64,000 nt of DNA, taken from assembly GCA_010909165.1 (NCBI GenBank), contig VJWM01000025.1, positions 1,488,001 through 1,552,000 of the forward strand, given 5' to 3'. The stretch's first letter is position 1. Every line of letters starts with the position of its first letter. The stretch is from Anthoceros angustus (taxonomy: Eukaryota; Plantae; Anthocerotophyta). A program made the translations under genes and the position numbers. The notes below the pieces were generated by a model. The model had not been told where the DNA came from and did not search any database. It saw only the letters and a list, made by a program, of their open reading frames with translations. Below, piece by piece: positions 53,401 to 64,000 of this stretch.

Positions 53401-54854
53401 AAAATATTTTCTTTTCTCCCCAAAACTTTTTTCACGCTTTCTCCCCAAAACTTTTTTCACGTTGTATATCCCGTTGTACATGTGTCATTTACGCACTTCG
53501 TCATGCGCACTGCTTTTGCTTTCTCAGGCGAGTCGGTCCAAGCGCCTTCTTCTTATGCACGCCTAAGTTTGATGCCTTTTAGGGTTGTGGTGTGGAGCGG
53601 ATTGAATAGAGCTTGGTGCAAATTATCATGGCACACAATGATGAGGTGTATATTTTTAAAAAATATTTTTTATTAAAGTATATTATTCGTATTGATATTT
53701 TTAATTTATTGGTCTATGTAGGCACTTAATGACACCATACTTTAGGTTTAGCAATATTGTGTGTTATGGAGATCATATCCTCCACCCATATGAGAATGAT
53801 GATAGAGTTGCCGCAGCAATGATTCAATTCGAGACATAAAAGAGGCACCATGGATACACGAACTCAATGGTCAGTGGAAAGGAGCCATATATTTGAGACC
53901 AATTACTATCGAGACAGCGAAAGGCATGAAACTAGGGGAGCAGTGAAGCTAGGAGGAGGCATGGAACTTGAAGATGGCAATGGCAATCCAAGATGAGGAA
54001 GCTGACTCACTTGTGGCGTAGAAGTTAGGTTGCCTTCCAATAGCAACATCTCGACCAAGATAGGAGAGGAGAGACTCACAAGGATGAGCCCAATGGTCTA
54101 TCAAGAGTAGAGGGTGCGATGAAAGCCTCTTCTCAACTGCAAAAGCGCAATGGAAGAGTTTGGAACATGCAACCATGGAAGGAAGCTCCGCAAGGCTTCA
54201 CACCTAAATTCAACTCGACATTTGGAAGGGAGTGAAGAGACGGGAAGTGTGTTGATTAAAGATGTATGATTTGCATAATTATGGATCATAGTAACTTAAA
54301 AAGGCGCACGCAATTAGTTCATAAGGCTCACCAGGTATGTCCAGACGCATTCACCCCTAGGTGCCGACACCATTTTTCGATCGACCGGCTTGACAATGTG
54401 AATGGACCATCTCCTTGACCATTAGTATGCCTTGGGGTTTCGACTTACCACCCTTCACGCAGTATTCTTCGTCCATGTCACATACTATTAGGTGATTACC
54501 TCCAATTGCTTCTTCATGTTCCCCACTTCCTACTTCTTCATGTTCCCAAGTTCGCTTCCTGCTCCATGCACGCTTAGTTCATGAAGTCTCATGTGAAGTT
54601 GTGGAAACTCTCACCTGTTGGTTCCTTGTCCCAACCAATGTTGCTTCCTTGTCCCATCTAATGCATAGTGCTCTCACCGCCGCTTGAAGGAGCTTGATTA
54701 TGATGAGGATCTCGTGATGTCTCCAATGACAATTGTATCTTTTGAACATATACGGCTTGAGAGACTTGATATCCGGTTACCTCGCCTCGGGCCAATTGTA
54801 AATTTAGGTGTGTCTAGAATGGGGCCACCAATTATGTTGGGCGTAGGGCTTGGA

Positions 54855-55280
54855 TGAGCCACATCAAACACTTGCTCGATGTGAAAGCCACATTAAACAC
54901 TTGCTTCTCATGTGAAAGCCATACCAAGCGCTGTTGTAAGCCATACCAAGCACTTGCTTCGATGTGAAAGCCACATCAAACACTTGCTTTCCATGTGAAA
55001 GCCACATCAAACACTTGCTTGGATGTGAAAGCCACATCAAACACTTGCTTCGATTTGAAAGCCACATTAAACACTTGCTTTCCATGTGAAAGACACATCA
55101 AACACTTGCTTCGATGAAAGCCACATCAAACACTTTCTGTTTGGATGTGAAAGCCACACTAAACACTTGCTTTCCATGTGAAAGACACATCAAACACTTG
55201 CTTCGATGAAAGCCACATCAAACACTTGCTTCGATGTGAAAGCCACATCAAACACTTGCCTCGATGTGAAATCCATATCA
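54855..55280. repeat. 30/31-bp minisatellite, unit-2 copy
   Basis: Same TGTGAAAGCCACATCAAACACTTGCTT unit as 39155-39640. Confidence 0.9.
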
Positions 55281-55289
55281 AATACTTCC

Positions 55290-55505
55290 ACAAAAGGACG
55301 GTCACAAAAGGAAAAGACGGTCACAAAAGAAAAAGATGGTCACGAAAAGAAAAAGGAAGGTCACAAAAGGAAAAAGGACGGTCACCAAAGGAAAAGGACG
55401 GTCACAAAAGGAAAAGACGGTCACAAAAGAAAAAGATGGTCACAAAAAGGAAAAAGGTCACAAAAGAAAAAAGGACGGTCACCAAAGGAAAAAGGACGAC
55501 AAAAG
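55290..55505. repeat. Purine-rich array, unit-2 copy
   Basis: Same AAAAGGACGGTCAC motif as 39650-39860. Confidence 0.87.
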
Positions 55506-55974
55506 GGCATTGCCTTGACAACCACATTTACCTGTCCCCTAGCCGCAACGAGCAACATGCGGCGCGCGCGGATGCACACAGGTCGGCTGTGGATATATAC
55601 TATGGACCATGGTGGCTTTTATGGACATGAGGTACGACGTACGCCCCTACGCGCCGGAGCAATATTAAAGAGGCTTCGAGATTCGTTGATGAGATGCATC
55701 CAGACTCAGACCACCTTGACAAACCCCATGCTGAACGTACCCTATGGCATGGAGGATTCCGGCAGTGTATGGTTGAACCATGTCAGCAATACCATTCGCT
55801 GACCTGTGGGATGCTAGCTCAGGATGACTCCCTGCAAATGTAGCATGGTTCTCCGGAAGAACAAAATCCATTCACAAAATGGTGGACACGGTGAGCATCT
55901 CTCATCTCCTATTTTTCGATCCGCTACAGGACTTTGATTCCATAAGCCCGTAATGCCAATGCCAGCTTCTCAGA

Positions 55975-56950
55975 ATGGCCACTTCACGCATCTTCCTCAG
56001 ATACGCGCTTTAGCACCAATTGCGTGTGGCACATGGCTCCATCGTCCTTGCAACACACAATTCAAGCTGCTTAGCTTCAAGGAAATGTCGTCCCTGTCTT
56101 CTCCCACAGCGAATGTGTGCACCTGGCTGTTCACCTCAATCCACGCCCATGCAGCCTTCTTGAATGGACCTGACCTCTTCCCAGGTTCTACCCTCTCTAC
56201 ATCCTCCACATGCCAGCATCTGTGTACACATTTCCAAGTAGCACATATGCTGCTGCATTTTTAGGTTCAAGTTTTATAAGTTGCTCAAAGCATCGACCCT
56301 CACGCTCAGGATCTCCATGGCTTTTGCACGCATTCAGCAAGGCTTTCCACCACAACATCATTCTCAAAGGGCATGGAGTACAACAACTTCCCTGCCTCAT
56401 CCAGACGCCCTGGCTCGCCCAAGGATGTTATCCATGCAAGCGCAGTGATAAACCCCAGATGAGATCCCGCCATGCTCCTGCACCATGCGTTCAAATACTG
56501 CTGACCCTCATCCACCAGTCCAGCGTGCCCACAGGAAGAGCGTGCATAAAGAGTCCAAGTCACCAAGCCCTGGCTGAACAAAGCCTATGATCATGGTATT
56601 CCACGTCACCAAACTAGTTTCTGGCAGGCAGTCTGTCCAACACCCTGCAACAATCCTCTAAGCTACCACATTCTGCATACATGCCCACCACACTGGTGTA
56701 CCAACAACCAAATCTGCTTCTAGACCTATTTCTTGTTGCTGAAAATGGGGCTCCCTCCCCTGTAGGTCACCAAGCCAGCACATGCATTCAGGAGGCAAAC
56801 AAACGTGAAACTATCAGCAGGCATCCTCTAGGACAGCTCCTCAACGAAATGGCCTCCAGTTGCATACATCTGGAAAGCCCAAGAGCTTCTCTGCCGAACC
56901 CTTGTGTGCATGCTCCTGCAATCAAGCCATACCCCACTGGGTCTGGCTCC
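55975..56950 (-). pseudogene. PLS-PPR fragment, unit-2 copy
   Basis: Collinear with 40330-41330. Confidence 0.85.
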
Positions 56951-57074
56951 AACAGCGGCTGAGACTTTAAGGAAGCTGTGAGGAAATCGGTGGTGCGTTT
57001 CGATGGGGTATTGGTGGCGTCTCTCCAGGCCATCCTAGCTGTTCGAGTCCATTTTGAGGGGCAGCAGCTGCTGT

Positions 57075-57527
57075 ACCAGGTTCCAAGCTCTATCCTGCAT
57101 TGGCGTCCGCATACCCTCATGAATGGGGTTGCTGCGAGAAAAAGAATATCAGACCATGATCTGTTGGGCAAAGGGGCTATCAACACAACGAGATTGATCA
57201 TCACACTCACCTGATGGATCTACATGGGAGAGTCATGAAGGAGCCTGAAGGCGTAGGTATTTCACCACCAAGTCCATATCTACAGGATTCCCTGCAAGGA
57301 AATGGCAGAGGGTTTATAAATACGCTTCTAACAAGAGATCCTTCCGCTACCGACTTGAGTCTGTCACAGTAGCACAGACCTGAAGGAGCTCGAAGCCATC
57401 GGCGTGTCACCAATGTCTGAGAGTTGATCTCTCCGCACTGCCACACGATCAGATGCAGGCTCAGACACAACATCCTAGATAGACAGCACCTCAGAAGCCG
57501 GCAGTTCAGAGTTGTGAACAATTGTTT
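57075..57527 (-). pseudogene. SPT5 CTR-region fragment, unit-2 copy
   Basis: Collinear with 41457-41935; lacks one RTPMHP repeat region near 57245. Confidence 0.85.
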
Positions 57528-60500
57528 GACAAACCCCATGCTGAACGTACCCTATGGCATGGAGGATTCCGGCAGTGTATGGTTGAACCATGTCAGCAAT
57601 ACCATTCGCTGACCTGTGGGATGCTAGCTCAGGATGACTCCGCAAATGTAGCATGTGGTTCTCCGGAAGAACAAAATCCATTCACAAAATGGTGGACACG
57701 GTGAGCATCTCTCATCTCCTATTTTTCGATCCGCTACAGGACTTTGATTCCATAAGCCCGTAATGCCAATGCCAGCTTCTCAGAATGGCCACTTCACGCA
57801 TCTTCCTCAGATACGCGCTTTAGCACCAATTGCGTGTGGCACATGGCCTCCATCGTCCTTGCAACACACAATTCAAGCTGCTTAGCTTCAAGGAAATGTC
57901 GTCCCTGTCATCTCTATCACCCTGCACGTCAATTGATTTGGAACCCCACTTTCAGTGAAAGATGGTTATGTACCATGATATGGTACATGAGCCAGGCGCT
58001 CAGCCCCGCTTTCAGTGAGCTGTTTGAGCTCAATAGTTTGCTCTCGGGTCCGGACGTACCCGGTACAACCATCCAAAACGAAAACACGAGCACCATGTCT
58101 GCATGAGCTGTTCTGCAAAGACGTCTATGGATCCGGTAGCATTGCTGGCAGGATGAAACGTGAGAAGCACTTTTCGGTACAAGTTTTCTTTGACACCACT
58201 TCACCAGCACCTCAATTGAAAGACTCCAGAAGTGCCAGTCAGCTATGTACATACCTCTAACCATATAGCTATGAACATACCTCTGACATACCAGGGGATC
58301 TAAAGTAGTGCCACGCAGGGGACCAAGACATTGTACACACCATTGTGATCATATTCGTTGTCTGCATGATGCGGGCTGTTGTTGCAATCCATCAGTCCAT
58401 CATGAGTCAACAGCGGTTGGCCACTAGAATGTTGGAATCACAGATGTTGCATCTCCGTTTCAGGGTAATATGTGCTGGAGCTATTCCACAAAGAGGAATG
58501 AGAACTTAGCAGGGGACAAGCTGTCACAGGAAGTATCAACATCATTCTCAAAGGGCATGGAGTACAACAACTTCCCTGCCTCATCCAGACGCCCTGGCTC
58601 GCCCAAGGATGTTATCCATGCAAGCGCAGTGATAGATGAGATCCCGCCATGCTCCTGCACCATGCGTTCAAAATACTGCTGACCCTCATCCACCAGTCCA
58701 GCGTGTCTGCATGCCACAGGAAGAGCGTGCATAAAGAGTCCAAGCTTCTTCACCAAGCCCTGGCTGAACAAAGCCTATGATCATGGTATTCCACGTCACC
58801 AAACTAGTTTCTGGCAGGCAGTCTGTCCAACACCCTGCAACAATCCTCTAAGCTACCACATTCTGCATACATGCCCACCACACTGGTACCAACAACCAAA
58901 TCTGCTTCTAGACCTATTTCTTGTTGCTGAAAATGGGGCTCCCTCCCCTGTAGGTCACCAAGCCAGCACATGCATTCAGGAGGCAAACAAACGTGAAACT
59001 ATCAGCAGGCATCCTCTAGGACAGCTCCTCAACGAAATGGCCTCCAGTTGCATACATCTGAAAGCCCAAGAGCTTCTCTGCCGAACCCTTGGTGTGCATG
59101 CCCTGCAATCAAGCCATACCCCACTGGGTCTGGCTCCAACAGCGGCTGAGACTTTATGAAGCTGTGAGGAAATCGGTGGTGCGTTTCGATGGGGTATTGG
59201 TGGCGTTCTCCAGGCCATCCTAGCTGTTCGAGTCCATTTTGCGAGGGGCAGCAGCTGGGGCTGTACTCAGGTTCCAAGCTCTATCCTGCATTGGCGTCCG
59301 CATACCCTCATGAATGGGGTTGCTGCGAGAAAAGAATATCAGACCATGATCATACAAAGGCAAGGCTATGTCAACACAACGAGATTGATCATCACACTCA
59401 CCTGATGGATCTACATGGGAGAGTCATGAAGGAGCCTGGAAGGGTGCGTAGGTATTTCACCACCAAGTCCATATCTACAGGATTCCCTGCAAGGAAATGG
59501 CAGAGGGTTTGCAACTCGTTCCGGACCTCCTTCATTTCGGGACGATCTCGGATCTGGGGCCAAGCATGACAGCCAAAGCGGCCACACTGGCTATCGATGC
59601 CTCCCATTCGCTGAACTGTGTGTCCGCCAACATAGGGTCGATCTGTTCTGCCACCCCCTGTCCATGGCAGACAGTGCCAGGGTCACTGCTAGTAGCTTCA
59701 TAGCCTCCCCAAAATCGATAGCAGGCTTTGAGGAGATGAGTTCCAGTAGCACAACGCCGAAGCTGTAGACATCGCTCCTGGGAGTCAGCTGGAAGCTGGA
59801 AAAATACTCTGGATCAATGTAGCCCATGGTGCCCTGGATTGCCACTGTGGAGACATGAGTAGCTGTCTTGCTGGGAGCTAGCTTGAGATGCTGAATCTGC
59901 CACCTTGGCATTCAAGTCGTCGTCCAGGAGAATGTTGCAAGACTTGATGTCTCGGTGGAAGATGGGAGGGTCGGCAGCCGAATGAAGATAGGCCAGGGCA
60001 TCGGCAGTCTGGCGCGATGAGAAGGCGTTGCCTCCAGCTGAGGGGAGAGAACCCTTGTCTGGTCCCTTCCAGATGTTCCTTGAGTGTGCTGTTGGGGACA
60101 AACTCGAAGACGATGAGAGCAATTTTGTTCTCCATGGAACAACCCAGCAGCTTCACCAAGTGTCTGTGACTCACTCCCGACAGAATCCTGACCTCATTGA
60201 GAAACTGGTACTTGTACTGGGGAGCCTTCACGCTTGCCCTTCTTCTGATGGCTACCGCTGTGCCATCGGCGAGCTTGCCACGGTACACTGTGCCGAAGCC
60301 GCCGGCTGGATCTGGGCCGAGTCCGAGAAGTTGGAGGTGGCGGGAGTTCCCCAAGGGGCATCACCGTCACCGTTTGCCCTCGAGCAGCGTGGCGATCAAG
60401 TCCGCATCTTGCTGGTGCTTTTGGAATACACTCTCCATCTCCAGAGGGAGAACAAACAACTGGCCGCGCAAACCAATACAGCGTGGAAACCACTATTGCC

Positions 60501-62209
60501 ACAACCACCCACAGGTTGATACCATGGCCAGCAGGCGCAGCAGGTTGATTCCTGCATGGCGGAAGAGGTTCGCCGCAGAGGCCCGGATTGTCGGCGAAGA
60601 AGGTGGCGTTCTCCAGGCCATCCTAGCTGTTCGAGTCCATTTTGCGAGGGGCAGCTGGGGCTGTACTCAGGTTCCAAGCTCTATCCTGCATTGGCGTCCG
60701 CATACCCTCATGAATGGGGTTGCTGAGAAAAGAATATCAGACCATGATCATACAAAGGCAAGGCTATGTCAACACAACGAGATTGATCATCACACTCACC
60801 TGATGGATCTACATGGGAGAGTCATGAAGGAGCCTGGAAGGGTGCGTAGGTATTTCACCACCAAGTCCATATCTACAGGATTCCTGCAAGGAAATGGCAG
60901 AGGGTTTATAAATACGCTTCTAACAAGAGATCCTTCCAAGCTACCGACTTGAGTCTGTCACAGTAGCACAGACCTGAAGGAGCTCGAAGCCATCGGCGTG
61001 TCACCAATGTCTGAGAGTTGATCTCTCCGCACTGCCACACGATCAGATGCAGGCTCAGACACAACATCCTAGATAGACAGCACCTCAGAAGCCGGCAGTT
61101 CAGAGTTGTGAACAATTGTTTGGACAAACACACACAAGGAGGACACGAGGCATAACTGTACCCTCCTCCATTTGAGACTGTAGGTCAAATCGAACAGTGG
61201 TGTTTGTACATCCTTTACACGGCCTCAACCTTTGGACCGCCCCAATCTTATTTTGACTGTCCTCCCCAAGTAGCCCCTCATCTCTTAGGGCGTGGCCCCA
61301 TTTCGGCCACCATAACCTCCTCCAAATTGGTGTTGCTCAGATCCAACACGCCGAGAGTGATGGGGTAACCTTCCGGAATGAGGCCAGATAATCTGTTGTT
61401 GGACAGGTTGAGGAAGGTCAAATTGCATGGAAAGATAGAAAAGCTGGTCCGGCACTGTTCCGCTCAAGTTGCAAGATGCAAGATCCAAGATCTGGAAGGA
61501 GTCCAGACTCGTTGGCCTGGAACAATTGTTTGGACAAACACACACAAGGAGGACACGAGGCATAACTGTACCCTCCTCCATTTGAGACTGTAGGTCAAAT
61601 CGAACAGTGGTGTTTGTACATCCTTTACACGGCCTCAACCTTTGGACCGCCCCAATCTTATTTTGACTGTCCTCCCCAAGTAGCCCCTCATCTCTTAGGG
61701 CGTGGCCCCATTTCGGCCACCATAACCTCCTCCAAACCCTGCAGTCAAGTTTATCTCAGCAACGTTGGTCTACCTACGAAATACTGCCATCTTCTCCAGA
61801 TTTCTGGGATTTCTGCACAGCAAAAGTTGGGACCACATTGGTGTCCACACTCTTCAGAGAGACCATCTTGTAGAGGCAACCATCCTTGAAAGTCATCCCA
61901 TTGAAAACATGAAGGAGTTCTCCCGTCGCTACATCACGCCTATAGTCAACAGGATTCTCATGTTTCTGTACAGCAGCAAAGGTTTGCATGAGGTTCGTAC
62001 AACAGCTTGAACCTGCTGCACCAACGAGTGACCAAGAGACATGCAGGAAGAGAGTGGGATGGCCTACTTGAGCTCCTCAACGTTCAAGAACCGTGGAGCT
62101 GGTCTCAAAGTCTTGTTTTTGTCCCTGTCATCTCTATCACCCTGCACGTCAATTGACGGAACCCCACTTTCAGTGAAAGATGGTTATGTACCATGATATG
62201 TGGTACATG
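57528..62209 (-). other. Mosaic of unit fragments (PPR, SPT5, segment X, RLK kinase/TM/LRR pieces) joined out of order
   Basis: Junctions at ~57528, 57901, 58537, 59501, 60602, 61318, 61520, ~61780 and 62201; each block matches earlier unit sequence. Confidence 0.88.
59501..60609 (-). pseudogene. RLK fragment: C-cap, TM and kinase domain only
   Basis: FADNP...AIVVS..., [24 protein letters not shown] and [10 protein letters not shown]; frameshifted. Confidence 0.85.
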
Positions 62210-64000
62210 TACTGGGGAGCCTTCACGCTTGCCCTTCTTGATGGCTACCGCTGTGCCATCGGCGAGCTTGCCACGGTACACTGTGCCGAAGCCGCCGGCT
62301 CCGATCTGGGCCGAGTCCGAGAAGTTGGAGGTGGCGGGAGTTCCCCAAGGGCATCACCGTCACCGTTTGCCTCTCGAGCAGCGTGGCGATCAAGTCCGCA
62401 TCTTGCTGGTGCTTTTGGAATACACTCTCCATCTCCAGAGGGAGAACAAACAACTGGCCGCGCAAACCAATACAGCGGAAACCACTATTGCCACAACCAC
62501 CCACAGGTTGATACCATGGCCAGCAGGCGCAGCAGGTTGATTCCTGCATGGCGGAAGAGGTTCGCCGCAGAGGCCCGGATTGTCGGCGAAGAAGGTGGCG
62601 TTACTGAGATCCGGACGCAGGCCACCTGGGATGGGTCCTGAGAGATTGTTGCCGGACAGATTGATGGTTCTCAGGTTAGGCAATGCAAAGAAAAGCTTAC
62701 CAGGTATTTCTCCTGACAGATTGTTGTGGCTAAGGTCCAAGACTTGCAGAGTGAGAGGAAAGCTGTCTGGAATGGGGCCGGACAGCTTGCTGTGGGATGC
62801 GTTGAAGTGCAGCAAGCTCGGCAGACCTGTGAAAAGCTCAGCCGGCATCGTTCCTCCAAATTGGTGTTGCTCAGATCCAACACGCCGAGAGTGATGGGTA
62901 ACCTTCCGGGAATGAGGCCAGATAATCTGTTGTTGGACAGGTTGAGGAAGGTCAAATTGGGCATGGAAAGATAGAAAAGCTGGTCCGGCACTGTTCCGCT
63001 CAAGTTGCAAGATGCAAGATCCAAGATCTGGAAGGAGTCCAGACTCGTTGGCCTGGAACAATTGAGGCTGTCCGGCAATGGTATGCCCATGAGATCGCTA
63101 CCCCAGACGAAGTTCCTCCAGCGGGGGACATCAGAAAAAGGTCGGCACAAAATCTCCAGCATACTCTGCAAAGGATTGGGGAACTCCTCGGAATGTGTCA
63201 TGTTGAAATCGTGGCTCAAGTCCCAAACTGGCCTGACCGCCAGGTCCTCGTCCGAGAGGAAGTTGGTGAGGTCCCAGTGAATCGGTTGCCTTGCACTCGG
63301 ATACTGGTGGAAATCGCCTGAGAATGTTGCCGAGAACTTTGATGAAGTCACCTGACAGTTGGTTGTTTTGAAGCCACAGAACCGGGATATAATCGTCCCA
63401 GCCTGAGGCGAAGTGGAAGGAAGAGAGCCATTCAGCTGATTGTGACTCAGATCCAGGGTAAATATTGGAGATACGAATCCACCTGGAGGGTCGGGTATGC
63501 TGCCAATCAGAGAATTGCTGGAGAGATTCAAATGCGACAGCCCTGCACCATATAGGAAAGTGGCAGGAATGCTGCCATTCAGCTCATTTCCAGACAGATC
63601 CACCCATCCAGCCAATTGCGCCGTGAAATCCGGAGGGATGGGGCCAGACAAGTTGTTGTGGGACAGGTCCACGTAAGTCAGGTTTGGCAACAAGGACGGG
63701 ATGTGGCCTTGCAGATCGTTCCATGACAGGTCCAACACCTGAAGACTGGGAAAATTGATGCCTGCGAACTCCGGTAACTGTCCCCAATTTGGTTCCGGAA
63801 AGGTTCACCCGTTGCAGAGCAGAATGAATCTGGAAGAAGGAACTGGTGAAGTTTGTGAAGCTGTTTTGGGCTGCATCCAGGAATCGCAGGGTTGGGGCAG
63901 AGGGCACCTCCCGCTCAAATTGCTGGTGAGAGAGACATGGGCGAGGCGTGTTAGCCCTTCCAAACTGGGACGCTTCCGTTCAAGAAGTTATCAGACAGAT
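62210..64000 (-). pseudogene. LRR-RLK copy 3 (partial): LRRs, TM and start of the kinase; third ectodomain variant; continues past the right edge
   Basis: ORFs 62671-63738 and 62390-63061 contain LRRs, DNPGLCGEPLPPC and the TM. The kinase is cut at ~62210. Confidence 0.85.

Larger units (their letters stand above)
48963..54443 (+). mobile_element. Harbinger element copy 2: left TIR and TAA intact, right TIR and most of the transposase deleted, interrupted by a nested insertion
   Basis: TAA-GGGTGGATTCACACT at 48960-48977. Homology to copy 1 breaks at ~49492, resumes at ~53413, and ends at TCGACTTACCACC (~54443) just before the right TIR would begin. Confidence 0.8.
43746..57525 (-). repeat. 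Segmental repeat unit 2 (collinear with unit 1; carries a ~3.9-kb insertion at ~49490-53410 and several deletions)
   Basis: Block-by-block collinearity with 30843-~41930. Confidence 0.88.

Overview
Eukaryotic, intron-containing land-plant DNA with short GT-AG introns (~70-110 nt) and PLS-type PPR remnants. This suggests a compact non-seed plant genome such as a hornwort or lycophyte (inference only). The window has two halves. (1) 1-30.8 kb is clean gene space: the 5' part of an ABCC13-like transporter (-), an orphan spliced gene, a POT/PTR peptide transporter resembling the PepT1/SLC15A1 clade more than angiosperm NPFs, an intact stearoyl-ACP desaturase, and two tandem full-length SPT5 genes, plus local tandem repeats and an LTR-like insertion. 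(2) 30.8-64 kb is a tandem array of a ~12.9-kb composite unit on the minus strand. Each unit holds an intronless ~22-23-LRR receptor kinase with a WAK/WAKL-type kinase domain, an inverted internal SPT5 fragment, a PLS-PPR fragment, two minisatellite arrays and a non-autonomous PIF/Harbinger element (15-bp TIRs, TAA target site). The second Harbinger copy carries a nested, frameshifted CRE-clade (RLE-type) non-LTR retrotransposon next to an almost pure G/C tract. From ~57.5 kb the unit is shattered into short pieces joined mostly at 7-10 bp microhomologies. Frameshifts are confined to the repeated half and are often 1-bp homopolymer deletions, so part of the apparent decay and rearrangement may be sequencing or assembly artefact. 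All homology calls come from motif recognition by eye; no searches were run.
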